From NCBI GenBank assembly GCA_963779875.1, contig CAWAAI010000007.1:14599-78598 (forward strand): a stretch of DNA of 64,000 nucleotides, written 5' to 3'. Every line of letters begins with the position of its first letter. Positions within the stretch are counted from its first letter, which is position 1. Made by a program: the position numbers and the translations under genes. Shown in pieces: positions 1-10,981 of the stretch. The notes under the pieces were generated by a model that ran no database searches, was not told the origin of the DNA, and saw only the letters and a program-made list of their open reading frames with translations. Source of the stretch: an uncultured Alphaproteobacteria bacterium (lineage in GTDB: Bacteria > Pseudomonadota > Alphaproteobacteria > Acetobacterales > Acetobacteraceae).

Positions 1-29
1 TCCGGCGCCCGACATGCGATCCCCACGCA

Positions 30-94
30 AATGGATGAAGTTTTTTTTTGCTTCTTTTTGTTCACAAATAGAAGACTTATCCCTGGCCTTCCCT
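30..94 (+). repeat. AT-rich palindromic repeat unit, copy A (same family as 43828-43883 and 43912-43969)
   Basis: AATGGATGAAGT-T(n)-GCTTCTTTTT-TTCA-AAA-AGAAGACTT...CCTTCCCT aligns almost base for base with 43912-43969. It contains a nested inverted repeat (GAAGT.../...AGAAGACTT). It ends 18 nt upstream of the gor ATG and is strongly AT-rich in a GC-rich background. Confidence 0.7.
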
Positions 95-112
95 CGAAAC
101 GGAGCCTTCCCG

Positions 113-1483
113 ATGCCCTACGATTTCGACCTCTTCGTCATAGGCGGCGGCTCCGGCGGCGTCCGCTGCGCCCGAATGGCTGCTTCCCACGGCGCCAAGG
201 TAGCGGTGGCGGAGGAGGGTGCCTGGGGCGGCACCTGCGTCAACGTCGGCTGCGTGCCCAAGAAGCTCCTTGTCATGGCCAGCGAATACGGCAACGCGGT
301 TATCGACAGCCACGGCTTCGGCTGGGACACGCAGTTGGGCCGCCACGACTGGCCCGCCCTCATCGCCGCCAAGAACGCCGAGATTGCCCGCCTGAACGGC
401 ATCTACAAGCGCCTGATGGCCAACTGCACCAGTTTCGAGGCCCGCGCCCGCTTCATCGACCCGCATACGCTCGATGTCGGCGGCCAGCGCGTCACTGCCG
501 AGCGCATCGTCATTGCCGTGGGCGGCCGCCCGACCCCGCCTGAATTTGCCGGCGCCGAGCACGCGATCGTTTCCGATGACGCCTTCTATCTACCCGACCT
601 GGCGCCGCGCATCGTCATCTACGGCAGCGGCTACATCGCGGTCGAGTTCGCCGGCCTGTTCCAGGGCCTTGGCGCCCAGGTCGACCTCGTCTATCGCGCT
701 CCCCTGCCCCTGCGCGGCTTTGACGACGACATGCGCAACGGCCTGGCCGAGGCCATGGAGGCCCAGGGCATCCGCCTACACCCTGGCCGCACTATCTCGG
801 GCGTCGAGGCCCGCGGCGACAACAAGCGCGTCACCTTGGACGACGGCGCCACCATCGACACCGCCCTCGTCTTCTCCGCCATCGGCCGCGCCCCCTATAC
901 CAATGATCTCGGCCTGGAGGCGGCGGGCGTGAAGACCGGCGGCCACGGCTCCATCCCGGTGGACGACACCAACGCCACCAACCAGCCCCACATCTACGCC
1001 ATCGGCGACGTCACCCACCGCGTGAACCTCACCCCGGTCGCCATCGCCGAGGGCCACGCTTTGGCCGACCGCCTCTACGGCCCCGCCCCGCGCCTGTGGC
1101 ACCTCGACCGCGTCGCGTCGGCGGTGTTCTCCACGCCCCCCATCGCCAGTGTCGGTCTCACCGAGGCCCAGGCCGCGGCGAACGGCCCCGCCGACATCTT
1201 CGTCGAGAAGTTCACCCCCATGCGCCACACGCTGTCCAAGCGCGTGCGCAAGACCATCATGAAACTGGTCGTCGACCAGGCCAGCCAGCGCGTCGTCGGC
1301 GCCCACATGCTCGGCGAGGACGCCCCGGAAATCATCCAGGGCATCTCCATCGCCATCAACGCCGGCGCCACCAAGGCCGATTTCGACCGCACCGTCGGCA
1401 TCCACCCCACCGCCGCCGAGGAGTTCGTCACCATGCGCACCCGAACCCGTGTCGCCGGCCCGGTAGCCAAGGCTGCCGAATAG
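113..1483 (+). CDS. gor: glutathione-disulfide reductase
   Basis: FAD motif DLFVIGGGSGG, redox-active disulfide GGTCVNVGCVPKK, and C-terminal GIHPTAAEEF. ATG 113 (MPYDFDL) is preferred over the track start at 14 because homology begins there. Confidence 0.9.
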   Translation: MPYDFDLFVIGGGSGGVRCARMAASHGAKVAVAEEGAWGGTCVNVGCVPKKLLVMASEYGNAVIDSHGFGWDTQLGRHDWPALIAAKNAEIARLNGIYKRLMANCTSFEARARFIDPHTLDVGGQRVTAERIVIAVGGRPTPPEFAGAEHAIVSDDAFYLPDLAPRIVIYGSGYIAVEFAGLFQGLGAQVDLVYRAPLPLRGFDDDMRNGLAEAMEAQGIRLHPGRTISGVEARGDNKRVTLDDGATIDTALVFSAIGRAPYTNDLGLEAAGVKTGGHGSIPVDDTNATNQPHIYAIGDVTHRVNLTPVAIAEGHALADRLYGPAPRLWHLDRVASAVFSTPPIASVGLTEAQAAANGPADIFVEKFTPMRHTLSKRVRKTIMKLVVDQASQRVVGAHMLGEDAPEIIQGISIAINAGATKADFDRTVGIHPTAAEEFVTMRTRTRVAGPVAKAAE

Positions 1484-1547
1484 CCGAGGCCGAATAGCCG
1501 AGAATGCGAGGCCGGCGCCCACCCGCAGCGCACCACGAGGTGACGAC

Positions 1548-4524
1548 ATGAAGCTGCCGCCGTCGCTGACGCAGCCATTTCGCCTTCTCATCTTCGGCTG
1601 GGAGGGCACCGCCGTCGCAGAGCAGCCGGACGAGGCCGGGGCTGTGTGGGGTCCCGTGGAGAGGCTATTGCGGTCCGGCGTCCTGGTCATGGCCATCGCC
1701 GAAACTGGCATCGCGGAGCTGCAGGCCCGGCTCCCGCCTGGCATCGGCCGCGCGCCCTGGCGAAACCTCTACCTCGCCACGCATGGCGGCTCCGAGATAC
1801 ACGGTTTCGACGCGCACGCTAGACCCGTTATGCTCTGGCGGCACACAGCCACGGCTCGGCAGCAACAGCTCCTTCAGGAGGTGGTCGAAGCGGTGCGTCT
1901 CGATATCGGCGCCAGGCTCAGCGTCCACCTGGCGCCGGCCAGCCATGCCCGGTGGTCATTTGCTCCCGCTGTTGCGGCTTGCGCACACGATGGCGAAGCA
2001 CGACTGGCCGAAGGCCTCCGCGACATCGCGGTGCTCGCCCGCCGCATCGCCGCCGGGCGGGGCCTCAAGGTCCGCATCACCGGCGATACGGCGCATGTCA
2101 TGATCGGACTTGCCGACCGGGGCGCCGCAGTGGCCTGGATGCTGCGCGACCTTGCCGGCCCGCGCGGCATCGCGCCGACGGAGATCCTGATCGGCGGCCA
2201 CGCATTCGGTTCCATGGGGGACATTCCGGGCGCCGATGCGCCTTTGCTTCTTCCCGAGATCAAAGCCGCCACGATCGTCTCGGTAGGGCCGGAGCCCGAT
2301 GGGGCGCCAGCCAGCGTGCTGCATCTCGGCGGCGGACCTTCGCGCTTTCGCGAACTACTCGCCGCGCAGGCCGCGCTCCGTCCGGTGCCGCTGCCGGGCG
2401 CGCCAACCGAGGCGACCGACTGGATCTTTGCCGAGGAAGAGCCGACCCTGACGCGCGAGCATGAATTGGAATCCCTGTTCGCCATCGGCAACGGCTATGT
2501 GGGATCGCGCGGCTCGCTCGCCGAAGGCAACCCGCTCTCCGCCCCCGCCACCTTCGTGGCCGGCGTATTCGACACCGGGCCCGAATTCACTGCCGGGCCT
2601 GGCGACCGTGCCGGACTGGACGCGTCTGTCGGTGACGGTGGAGGACCGTCCGCTCCGCCTGGATACCGGCAAGGCGCTGGAGCATCGCCGCGTCCTTGAC
2701 CTCCGGCAGGGCATTCTCTGGCGGGAGTGGCGCCACCAGGACCCGGCCGGGCGCATCACCCGGGTGCGCGGCCTGCGCCTCGCCTCGCAGTCGGACCGCC
2801 ATCTGCTGGTGCAATCGGTCACACTTACCCCGGAGAACTACAGCGGCACGGTTTGTCTGGACGCGGCCATTCCCGGAATGTCGGTCCGGCGCACTGCCGG
2901 CGGCACGACGATCGCGCTGGCGACGGCACAGCGCCTCGAGGATCCGGAAGGCAGGTGGATGGGGCGGGCCGAACCCCTACCGGACACGCTGACGGTCGAT
3001 ATCGAACTCGGGAGAACCTATCGGCTCGACCGGGTCTGCGCGATCCATACGTCCCGTGATTCGGATCGGCCGGCCGAGGCCGCACGCGAACACGCCCAGC
3101 GCGCCCTCGCAGCCGACATTGCCGCCATCGTGGGCGAGCACCGCGCCGCGTGGCAGTCCCGATGGGACGCTTGCGACGTGGCCATCAGCGGCGATCCCGC
3201 CGCGCAACGCGCCCTGCGCTTCGCCGTTTACCAACTGTTAAGCGCGGCCAATCCGCAGGACGAACGCGTCTCCATCGGCGCACGCGCTCTGACAGGCCGG
3301 GCCTACAAGGGGCACGTGTTCTGGGACACCGAAATCTTCATGTTGCCCTTCTTCACCCTGACATGCCCTCAGGCCGCGCGGGCGCTCCTCATGTACCGCT
3401 ACAACACTCTTCCCGCCGCGCAGGCCAAGGCCGCCCGGCTGGGATGGCGCGGCGCTCTCTACGCGTGGGAGTTGGCCGATACCGGGGACGAGGCGGCTCC
3501 GTCCGTGGCCGTTGCGCCGGACGGCACGGTGGTGCCGATCCTGGTGGGCGAACAGGAGCAGCATATCAGCGCGGATGTCGCCTACGCGGTGTGGAACTAC
3601 TGGCGGATCACCGGCGACGAAACATTCATGGCCGATGCGGGTACGGAGATCCTGGTGGAGACGGCCCGCTTCTGGGCCAGCCGCGCGGTGCGCGAGGCGG
3701 ACGGCCTGCATCACATCCGCGGCGTTATTGGCCCGGACGAATACCATGAGACCGTGGACGACAACGCCTATACCAATGGCATGGCGCGTTGGAACCTGGA
3801 GGTCGCTGCCGAGGCGGCGACCTTCATGGCGCAGCGTTGGCCGGAGCGGTGGCAGGCGCTGTCGCGCCGACTCGCCCTCGCGGCGGATGAGCCTGGCCGC
3901 TGGCTGGGCGTGGCACGTGACATCTACACTGGATTCGACGCTGAAACCGGCCTGTTCGAGCAGTTCCAGGGCTATTTCGGCCTCGAGGAGATCGATCTCG
4001 CCGCCTTCACGCCGCGGACCGCGCCGATGGACGTGCTTCTCGGCCGCGAACGCATCCAGCGTTCCAGGATCATCAAGCAGGCAGACGTCGTGATGCTGCT
4101 CCATCTCCTCTGGGACCGGTTCCCGCCCGCGGTGCGGGAGGCGAACTTCCGGTTCTACGAGCCCCGGTGCGGCCATGGCAGCTCGCTAAGCCCGGCGATC
4201 CATGCGCTGGTGGCCGCGCGCCTGGGCGACGTCGCGATGGCGGAGCGCTACTTCCGCCAGGCCATGGCGATCGACCTCGCGGACAACATGGGCAATGCCG
4301 CCGGGGGTGTCCACGCCGCCGCCCTCGGCGGACTCTGGCAGGCTGCTGTATTCGGCTTCGCAGGCCTGCGCCTCACTGAGCAAGGGCCGGAGCACCACCC
4401 CAACCTGCCACCCCACTGGCAGGGCCTCTCGTTCCGGTTCCAGTGGCGAGGCCAGCTTCATCACGCTGAAATTCCCGATGCGCAATGTCGTTCCACGGCG
4501 ACAACCGGAGGGGCGGATCCATGA
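1548..4524 (+). pseudogene. HAD-like / glycoside hydrolase family 65 (disaccharide phosphorylase-like) fusion with an apparent +1 frameshift
   Basis: The 1548 frame carries a HAD-like N-terminal region and the GH65 N-domain start (ESLFAIGNGYVGSRGSLAEG..ATFVAGVFD). The continuation (LATVPDWTRLSV.., YKGHVFWDTEIFMLPFF, C-terminal domains) is in the frame of the 2461 ORF. The frame switch must lie near 2583-2600, and the span is 3n+1 nt. Confidence 0.65.
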
Positions 4525-5345
4525 GCGAGCCCGTCATCCTCGTTCCGCTCGACGGCTCGGCGCATGCGCTTGCCGCGCTGCCCGTGGCAAGGTGGTTTGC
4601 CGAAGCTGAAGGGGCAACCCTGCACATCCTCCATGTGGCCGAGCCGCAGCTGCCGTCGTCGGCGCTGGTTGAGCGGCTTGGCCTCGATCCTGCGGAACTT
4701 CGCGGCAGCACCCTCGACGCCCACGCCGGTGAACCGGCCAGCTCGGTCCTCAATGCTGCGAGGGAAACCGCGGCGCGTCTGATCGTCATGTGCACGCACA
4801 CGGCGTCCGCCATGCCGCGGAGGGTGTTGGGCCATACTGCGCTTGGTATCCTGCGGGGCGCGCCCTGCCCGGTAGTCCTTGTGCGTCCCGAGCGCGGTCA
4901 GCAGGACTGGCGCCTCCGCCGGATTCTGCTGCCGCACGATGGAACCCCTGCCGCCAGCGCCGCGTTGCGGCCGGCCGCGGAACTCGCCCACCGCACCGGC
5001 GCCGAGCTGGTCGTGCTGCATGTGGCGGCTTCCGGCACTGCGGCGCCCTCCCAGCGTGGCGCCCTTACCGCGCCCTATTATCTCGACCAGCCGCAGCACG
5101 AGTGGCCCGCATGGACCAGCGAGTTCTTGGAGCGTCTTGCCTGTGTGTGTCCGCTCGACCGCCTGCGCGTGCGCCTGCTCCTGGCCGAGGGGAGCCCCGG
5201 GTCCGAGATTGCCCGGACCGCCAGCGCACAGGCGGCTGATCTCGTCGTCCTGGCCTGGGGGGGCAAGTGGTCTGCGCAGCGCGCGGCCACGCTGAAGGGC
5301 GTTATGCGTCAGTCGCCGTGCCCCCTGATGGTGGTACGCTCGTGA
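4521..5345 (+). CDS. universal stress protein (tandem UspA domains)
   Basis: Two Usp-like halves (VILVPLDGS..LHILHV and ILLPHDGT..LVVLHV) and C-terminal CPLMVV. ATG 4521 is preceded by GGAGGGG and overlaps the upstream TGA (ATGA). Confidence 0.8.
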   Translation: MSEPVILVPLDGSAHALAALPVARWFAEAEGATLHILHVAEPQLPSSALVERLGLDPAELRGSTLDAHAGEPASSVLNAARETAARLIVMCTHTASAMPRRVLGHTALGILRGAPCPVVLVRPERGQQDWRLRRILLPHDGTPAASAALRPAAELAHRTGAELVVLHVAASGTAAPSQRGALTAPYYLDQPQHEWPAWTSEFLERLACVCPLDRLRVRLLLAEGSPGSEIARTASAQAADLVVLAWGGKWSAQRAATLKGVMRQSPCPLMVVRS

Positions 5346-5680
5346 AGGACGACGCGTGCGGCTTCGGTCACGGCCCGTGCGGCGACGATGGCCGTGCCGC
5401 CAGCGGTGGTCCAGGACCTGGAACACCACACGGCGATGTGGCAGGGCAGCTGGGGCTAGGGGTACATGCTCGCGGCGAGCGTGATGATGCTCGTATTTCG
5501 GGGCGGCCTGATTGCCGGCGCCCGGGTCTCCCGACTGGATTCGCAGGCCGCACTGCGAAGCCACCGAGCCCCCCCAACAGCCCCATTGGCCCGCCAGAGT
5601 AGCCAAGCCCCGCCTTTGTATGGATAACTCCCGTCACGAACAGCGGCCGCCCCCAGCGGCCGTGGCGGGAGCGACAACGC

Positions 5681-7063
5681 ATGACCAATTCCTGGACCCC
5701 CTATTCCTGGCGCGCGCGCCCGATAAAGCAGGTCCCCACCTACCCCGACCAGGCCGCGCTGGAGGCGATGGAAGCCAAGCTCCGCCGCTACCCGCCCCTG
5801 GTCTTCGCCGGCGAGGCCCGCAACCTCAAGGCCCAACTCGCCAAGGTGGCGAACGGCGAGGCCTTCGTCCTCCAGGGCGGCGACTGCGCCGAGAGCTACG
5901 GCGACTTCACCGCCAACATCATCCGCGACACCTTCCGCGTGCTGCTGCAAATGGCCGTCGTGCTGACCTTCGGCGCCGGCGTGCCGGTGGTGAAGATGGG
6001 CCGAATGGCCGGCCAGTTCGCCAAGCCCCGCTCGTCCGACAACGAGACGGTAGGCGACGTCACCCTGCCCAGCTATCGCGGCGACATCATCAACGGCCCC
6101 GCCTTCACCGCCGCCGATCGCATCCCCGACCCCGCGCGCATGGAAACCGGCTATTTCCAGTCTGCCGGCACGCTCAACCTGCTGCGCGCCTTCGCCACCG
6201 GCGGTTATTCCGACCTGCACGAGGTCCATCGCTGGAACCTCGACTTCGCCGCCCGCTCGCCGCTCGCCGAGCGCTACCAGCAGATCGCCGGCCGCATCGA
6301 CGAAACCCTCGCCTTCATGGCCGCCTGCGGCATGACATCGGCCGCCATCCCGCAGATCCGCGAAACCGATTTCTACACCAGCCACGAAGCCCTGCTGCTG
6401 CCCTACGAACAGTCCCTCACCCGCGTCGATTCCACCTCCGGCGAATACTACGCCTGTTCCGCCCATTTCCTCTGGATCGGCGACCGCACTCGCCAGCCCG
6501 ACGGCGCGCATGTCGAATTCCTCCGCGGCGTGAAAAACCCGCTCGGCCTCAAGGTCGGCCCCACCACCACGGCGGACGACCTGCTGCGCCTCATCGACGC
6601 CCTCAACCCCGCCAACGAGCCCGGCCGCCTCACCCTCATCAGCCGCATGGGCGCCGAGAAGGTCGAAACCCTGCTGCCGCCCCTGCTCCGCGCCATCAAG
6701 CGCGCCGGCCGGAAGGTGGTCTGGCTGTGCGACCCCATGCACGGCAACACCATCTCCACCGAGAACAAGGTCAAGACCCGCAACTTCGAATCCATCCTCC
6801 AGGAAGTGCGCGGCTTCTTCGATATTCACGCCGCTGAAGGCACCTGGGCCGGCGGCGTCCACGTGGAAATGACCGGCCGCGAGGTCACGGAGTGCATCGG
6901 CGGCGCCCACCAACTCACCGCCGCCGATCTCGGCAACCGCTACGAGACCTTCTGCGACCCCCGCCTGAACGCCAGCCAGTCCCTCGAACTCGCCTTCCTG
7001 CTCGCCGAGGAGCTGAAGGAGCGCCGCGCCCAGCCGGCGTCCCAGCCGATGGCCGCGCAATAG
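5681..7063 (+). CDS. class II 3-deoxy-7-phosphoheptulonate (DAHP) synthase
   Basis: Diagnostic blocks [39 protein letters not shown] and CDPMHGNT; length about 460 aa. Confidence 0.9.
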   Translation: MTNSWTPYSWRARPIKQVPTYPDQAALEAMEAKLRRYPPLVFAGEARNLKAQLAKVANGEAFVLQGGDCAESYGDFTANIIRDTFRVLLQMAVVLTFGAGVPVVKMGRMAGQFAKPRSSDNETVGDVTLPSYRGDIINGPAFTAADRIPDPARMETGYFQSAGTLNLLRAFATGGYSDLHEVHRWNLDFAARSPLAERYQQIAGRIDETLAFMAACGMTSAAIPQIRETDFYTSHEALLLPYEQSLTRVDSTSGEYYACSAHFLWIGDRTRQPDGAHVEFLRGVKNPLGLKVGPTTTADDLLRLIDALNPANEPGRLTLISRMGAEKVETLLPPLLRAIKRAGRKVVWLCDPMHGNTISTENKVKTRNFESILQEVRGFFDIHAAEGTWAGGVHVEMTGREVTECIGGAHQLTAADLGNRYETFCDPRLNASQSLELAFLLAEELKERRAQPASQPMAAQ

Positions 7064-7071
7064 GCCGGGCG

Positions 7072-8232
7072 ATGGACCAAAAGCGCCCGGCATCCGATCT
7101 GTTGGGCGAAATATCCGGGCGGACCGACGTCTACTTCAACCGCACCCGCGCCATCGTTCACCGCTTCGGCGACAAGCGCGTCACCTACGCCGTGTTCCTG
7201 CGCCGCCCGGTCATCTCCGCTCCGCGCCTGATGCTCGAATGGCTCGCCCAGGTCGCCGCCGCCCGCGCCACCGCGTTCGACATCGACGTCACCCACCCCG
7301 AAGGCACCTGGACAGGCGCCGGCGAACCGCTCGTCTATATCACCGGCAGCTTCGAGCAGCTCTCCGACCTCGAGACCATCTTCCTGCAGAAGCTCGGCCC
7401 CGCCTGCGTCGCCGCCCACAACGCCTACCAGATGGCGCTCGCCCTGCCCGCCGTCGCCTTCCTGGCCATGGACGCCCGCCACTGCGCCGGTGCGGAGATG
7501 CAGGAGATGATGGCCTACGCCGCCGCCGTCGGCAGCCGCGCCGCCCAGGCCGAGGGAGCGCGCGGCTTCGTAGGCAACGCCAACGACTTCACCGCCCACT
7601 GGTTCGGCCGCACCACCGGCAGCGGCACCATGCCCCACGCCCTGATCGGCTATGCCGGCAGCACCGTCCGTGCCGCCGAGATGTTCCACGAAACCTTCCC
7701 CGAGGAGGTTCTGACGGTGCTCGTCGACTACTACGGCCGCGAGATCACCGACGGCCTGGCCGTCTGCCAGCGCTTCCCGGCCTTGGCCGCCGCCGGCAAG
7801 CTGCAACTGCGCCTCGACACCCATGGAGGCCGTTTCCTCGAAGGTCTCGATCCCGCCGAGAGCTACGCCGTGCTCGAACACCGCGCTCCCGGCGCCATCC
7901 GCCGCTACCGCAGCGAAACCGAGCTGCGCTACCTCGTCGGCACAGGCGTTTCCGCCGCCGCCGTCTGGCGCATGCGCGAGGCGCTGGACGAAGCCGGCTT
8001 CCCGGCCGTGCGCATCGTCGCCTCCTCCGGCTTCGGCGTGGACAAGTGCCGCGTCATGGCCGACACCCGCGCCCCCATCGACGTTGTCGGCACCGGAAGC
8101 TTCATCCCCGACATCTGGAGCGAAACCTACGCCACCGCCGACATCGTCGCCTATGACGGCGCCCCTATGGTCAAGGTCGGCCGCGAATTCCTCCTCCGCC
8201 GCAACGGCGCCCGCAAGAAGAACGGCGGCTGA
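7072..8232 (+). CDS. pncB: nicotinate phosphoribosyltransferase (type II PRTase family)
   Basis: DVYFNRTRAIV N-terminus, GTMPHALIGYAG and LRLDTHGG blocks typical of the NaPRTase/QPRTase fold. ATG 7072 was chosen because the upstream part of the track ORF overlaps the DAHP synthase gene. Confidence 0.7.
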   Translation: MDQKRPASDLLGEISGRTDVYFNRTRAIVHRFGDKRVTYAVFLRRPVISAPRLMLEWLAQVAAARATAFDIDVTHPEGTWTGAGEPLVYITGSFEQLSDLETIFLQKLGPACVAAHNAYQMALALPAVAFLAMDARHCAGAEMQEMMAYAAAVGSRAAQAEGARGFVGNANDFTAHWFGRTTGSGTMPHALIGYAGSTVRAAEMFHETFPEEVLTVLVDYYGREITDGLAVCQRFPALAAAGKLQLRLDTHGGRFLEGLDPAESYAVLEHRAPGAIRRYRSETELRYLVGTGVSAAAVWRMREALDEAGFPAVRIVASSGFGVDKCRVMADTRAPIDVVGTGSFIPDIWSETYATADIVAYDGAPMVKVGREFLLRRNGARKKNGG

Positions 8233-8296
8233 CCCTCACGCTTCGCCATTGCAGCCAATCGCCCCCCTGCCTATAAGACCCGCTCGCCACGGGTCA

Positions 8297-8387
<91 letters not shown>

Positions 8388-8509
8388 TTTCCCCTTCGTA
8401 TATGCCCTTCTTTGGCCAAAGCACGCTCAGTTACATCCGAAAATCAATGTCATAGGATGACTGTTCGGCCGCGAGTGTCCACTTGCGGTCGGCGCTGTTC
8501 GCCCGTACC

Positions 8510-8519
8510 ATTAGGGGAT
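8510..8519 (+). promoter_or_regulatory. candidate recombinase arm-type site (ATTAGGGGAT)
   Basis: The same 10-mer occurs at 15343-15352, and a one-base variant (ATTAAGGGGAT) at 15330-15340. All are in the same orientation and just inside the island ends. Confidence 0.35.
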
Positions 8520-8565
8520 GGAGCAGGGGACGTTGCCCCTGCCCTTTCCCTCGGAGGGCTACGCG

Positions 8566-9852
8566 ATGCCTAGACGTGCGGCAGGGCTATCGGCGTTGAA
8601 GGTTGCCAAGGCTGGCCCAGGCCGGTACGGCGATGGCGACGGGCTCTATCTGCTGGTGCGCGAGAACGGCACCCGGTTCTGGGTTTTCCGCTACACGCCC
8701 CCCGGCGGGAAGATGCGGGAGGTGGGGCTCGGCCGCGCAGGGACCGACAAGAACGCGGTGGGACTGGCGGAAGCGCGCGACAAGGCCGGCACCCTGTATC
8801 GCATGGTCCGCGCTGGCCTAGACCCCCTCGCCAAGCGCGCGGCCGACGCCGCGGCAGCGAAGGCTACAGAGCAGGATGCGGCCATCCGCGCTATGACGTT
8901 CCGGCAGGCGGCCGTGGACTACATCGCCTCGCACGAAGCGGCATGGAACAACCCCAAGCACCGGCAGCAATGGACCAACACGCTTGAAGCCTACGCCTTC
9001 CCTCATTTCGGCGCGTTGCCGGTGGCCGGGGTGGAGACGGCGCACGTCCTGGCGGCGCTGCAACCGATCTGGAGCACCAAGCCCGAGACGGCATCCCGAC
9101 TGCGTGGCCGCATCGAGGCAGTGTTGGACTACGGCAAGGCGAAGGGGCTGCGCAGCGGCGACAACCCGGCGGCATGGAAGGGGCACCTCGCCCTGACGCT
9201 CCCCGCTCGCGCCAAGGTGGCCAAGGTAGAGCACCACGCGGCGCTGCCCTGGCAGGATGTCGGCGCCTTCATGCAGGCATTGCAGGCACAGGCCGGCGTG
9301 GGGGCGCTGGCCCTGCGCTTTGCCATCCTGACGGCGGCCCGCACGGGCGAGGTCATCGGGGCGACATGGGGCGAAATGGACCTTGGGGCAGCCGTGTGGA
9401 CCGTGCCGGGCGGCCGCATGAAGGCTGGCCGAGAACACCGGGTGCCCCTCTCAGAACCGGCGCTGGCGGCGCTCGGCGAGGCTGCCAGCCTCCGCATCAC
9501 CACTGCCCCCAGCGCGCCTGTGTTCCCCGGCGCTATCGCCGGCAAGGGGCTGTCCAACATGGCGATGCTGACGCTGTTGAGGCGCATGGAGCGCGGCGAC
9601 CTGACGGCCCACGGGTTCCGCAGCACTTTTAGAGATTGGGCGGCGGAGACAACCGCGTATCCCGCGGAAGTGTTGGAGATGGCACTGGCGCACGCCGTCG
9701 GCGACAAGGTCGAAGCAGCCTATCGGCGCGGCGACCTGTTCGAGAAACGGCGGAGATTGATGGACGATTGGGGCACCTTCAGCACAACCACCACCGCGCC
9801 TAGCGGTACCAATGTCGTGCCAATCGCCCTTGGCCGGGGCGCGGCGTTGTGA
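8566..9852 (+). CDS. int: tyrosine-type site-specific integrase (P4-like, DUF4102-type N-terminus)
   Basis: N-terminal GRYGDGDGLYLLVRENGTRFWVFRY, catalytic-domain blocks LTAARTGEV and HGFRSTFRDWA, and a C-terminal ..AYRRGD.. region. ATG 8566 has a GGAGGG SD. The gene is adjacent to a tRNA. Confidence 0.9.
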   Translation: MPRRAAGLSALKVAKAGPGRYGDGDGLYLLVRENGTRFWVFRYTPPGGKMREVGLGRAGTDKNAVGLAEARDKAGTLYRMVRAGLDPLAKRAADAAAAKATEQDAAIRAMTFRQAAVDYIASHEAAWNNPKHRQQWTNTLEAYAFPHFGALPVAGVETAHVLAALQPIWSTKPETASRLRGRIEAVLDYGKAKGLRSGDNPAAWKGHLALTLPARAKVAKVEHHAALPWQDVGAFMQALQAQAGVGALALRFAILTAARTGEVIGATWGEMDLGAAVWTVPGGRMKAGREHRVPLSEPALAALGEAASLRITTAPSAPVFPGAIAGKGLSNMAMLTLLRRMERGDLTAHGFRSTFRDWAAETTAYPAEVLEMALAHAVGDKVEAAYRRGDLFEKRRRLMDDWGTFSTTTTAPSGTNVVPIALGRGAAL

Positions 9853-10583
9853 GCGACGTGACACCGAGTGCCAAGGCTCCTGCGGGCATCAACGAGGACG
9901 CGTTAAAGGATGCGCTTCGGGCCCTGAGCAGCGCGTTTCAGCAGTTCCGTCGCAATCCAGCCGACACACAAAAGATGCAACAAAGGTTGGTCCAAACAGC
10001 GGAACTGGCCCGTGCTCAGGCTGGCGTTACCCTTCCGCTGCCGGAGGACCGCCGAACCGACGTGCAGCGTGTGGTGAAGGCCGTTAGCTCTGCCTCAAGG
10101 GCGGTCCGGAAAGCACACCTAGCCATGACACCCATTGACCCTGGGATGGCTATGACTTTGTTCGACGGCACGCTCCCGAACCGGCCAGGTGTCCCAGAAA
10201 ACGACCCTGACTACGGGGATCCGGAAGCCCCGCTCAATCTTGAACACCTTGAACGATACAAAAGGCTGCTCGCGGATATGGCTGCAAAGCTCAATCGGGC
10301 GGCGCGACACGCAGCCCCGTATCTCGACCGACCGGCAAAGATCGGAGCGCGCGAAAAGGAGTGGTCATGTTTGGTTGCCTTCGACTGCGCTGTGTATGCG
10401 GATGAACTTGGGCTATCTGGCTTCGTTTCAACGACCCCTCACGGCGCATTTCATAGCTTCGTCTGCGACGTTGCCGCGATCATGCGCCTGCCCCCGGTCA
10501 GCCATCGACAACTGAGGAACGCAGTCGACGATTGGCGCCGCGTGGCTGGTACGAAAGGCGACAATGAAGAGGGGGCGTACTAG
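9849..10583 (+). CDS. hypothetical protein (island-borne)
   Basis: A 244-aa ORF whose GTG start overlaps the integrase stop (GTGA). I recognise no family. Confidence 0.55.
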   Translation: MSDVTPSAKAPAGINEDALKDALRALSSAFQQFRRNPADTQKMQQRLVQTAELARAQAGVTLPLPEDRRTDVQRVVKAVSSASRAVRKAHLAMTPIDPGMAMTLFDGTLPNRPGVPENDPDYGDPEAPLNLEHLERYKRLLADMAAKLNRAARHAAPYLDRPAKIGAREKEWSCLVAFDCAVYADELGLSGFVSTTPHGAFHSFVCDVAAIMRLPPVSHRQLRNAVDDWRRVAGTKGDNEEGAY

Positions 10584-10640
10584 GTCCACCGTTCGGCGGT
10601 GTGTTGTTCATGTGGCCGCAACAGCCCGAGGGCATCCACC

Positions 10641-10865
10641 ATGGTTCACACCCTGTCGCCACGCTCGATCGACCGCACCCGTGCTGCGCCTGCCGAGGTT
10701 GAGCGGTTGGCGTTTCGCGTGAAAGACGCCTGCACCGCGGCCGGCATCGGTCGCACGACGCTCTACAAGTTGGCCGGAGAAGGACACCTCCGCCTGATCA
10801 AGGTCGGCGGCCGAACCCTGATTGACGCCGCGTCCCTCCGCGCTCTTATCGCCGGCCAGTCCTAA
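10641..10865 (+). CDS. excisionase/AlpA-family helix-turn-helix DNA-binding protein
   Basis: The block FRVKDACTAAGIGRTTLYKLAGEGHLRLIKVGGRTLIDAASLRALI fits the Xis/MerR-like HTH_17 pattern. ATG 10641 has a GAGGG SD. Confidence 0.7.
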   Translation: MVHTLSPRSIDRTRAAPAEVERLAFRVKDACTAAGIGRTTLYKLAGEGHLRLIKVGGRTLIDAASLRALIAGQS

Positions 10866-10981
10866 AGAAACCGCCGCCCTCGGGCGAGGAACCGGCGGCT
10901 GAAGCGTGGTCTAGCATCCAGATTATACGCTTCTCCGCAATGGATCTTCACCCCTAGGCCGCTACCAAGGAGTAACTGCCA

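Noticed and set aside
1475-1502. A 14-bp tandem duplication (CCGAATAGCCGAG x2) covering the gor stop codon.
   Set aside because: It is real in the sequence but short. It does not change the protein because the first copy already contains the TAG. It suggests no structure beyond a slippage scar.
5466-5627. A 53-codon ORF (MLAASVMMLVFRGGLIAGA...) with an AGGGG upstream, in the usp-DAHP synthase spacer.
   Set aside because: Only the first ~20 residues look protein-like and the rest is Pro/Arg/Ala filler. I have no conservation evidence, so it is not reported as a feature.
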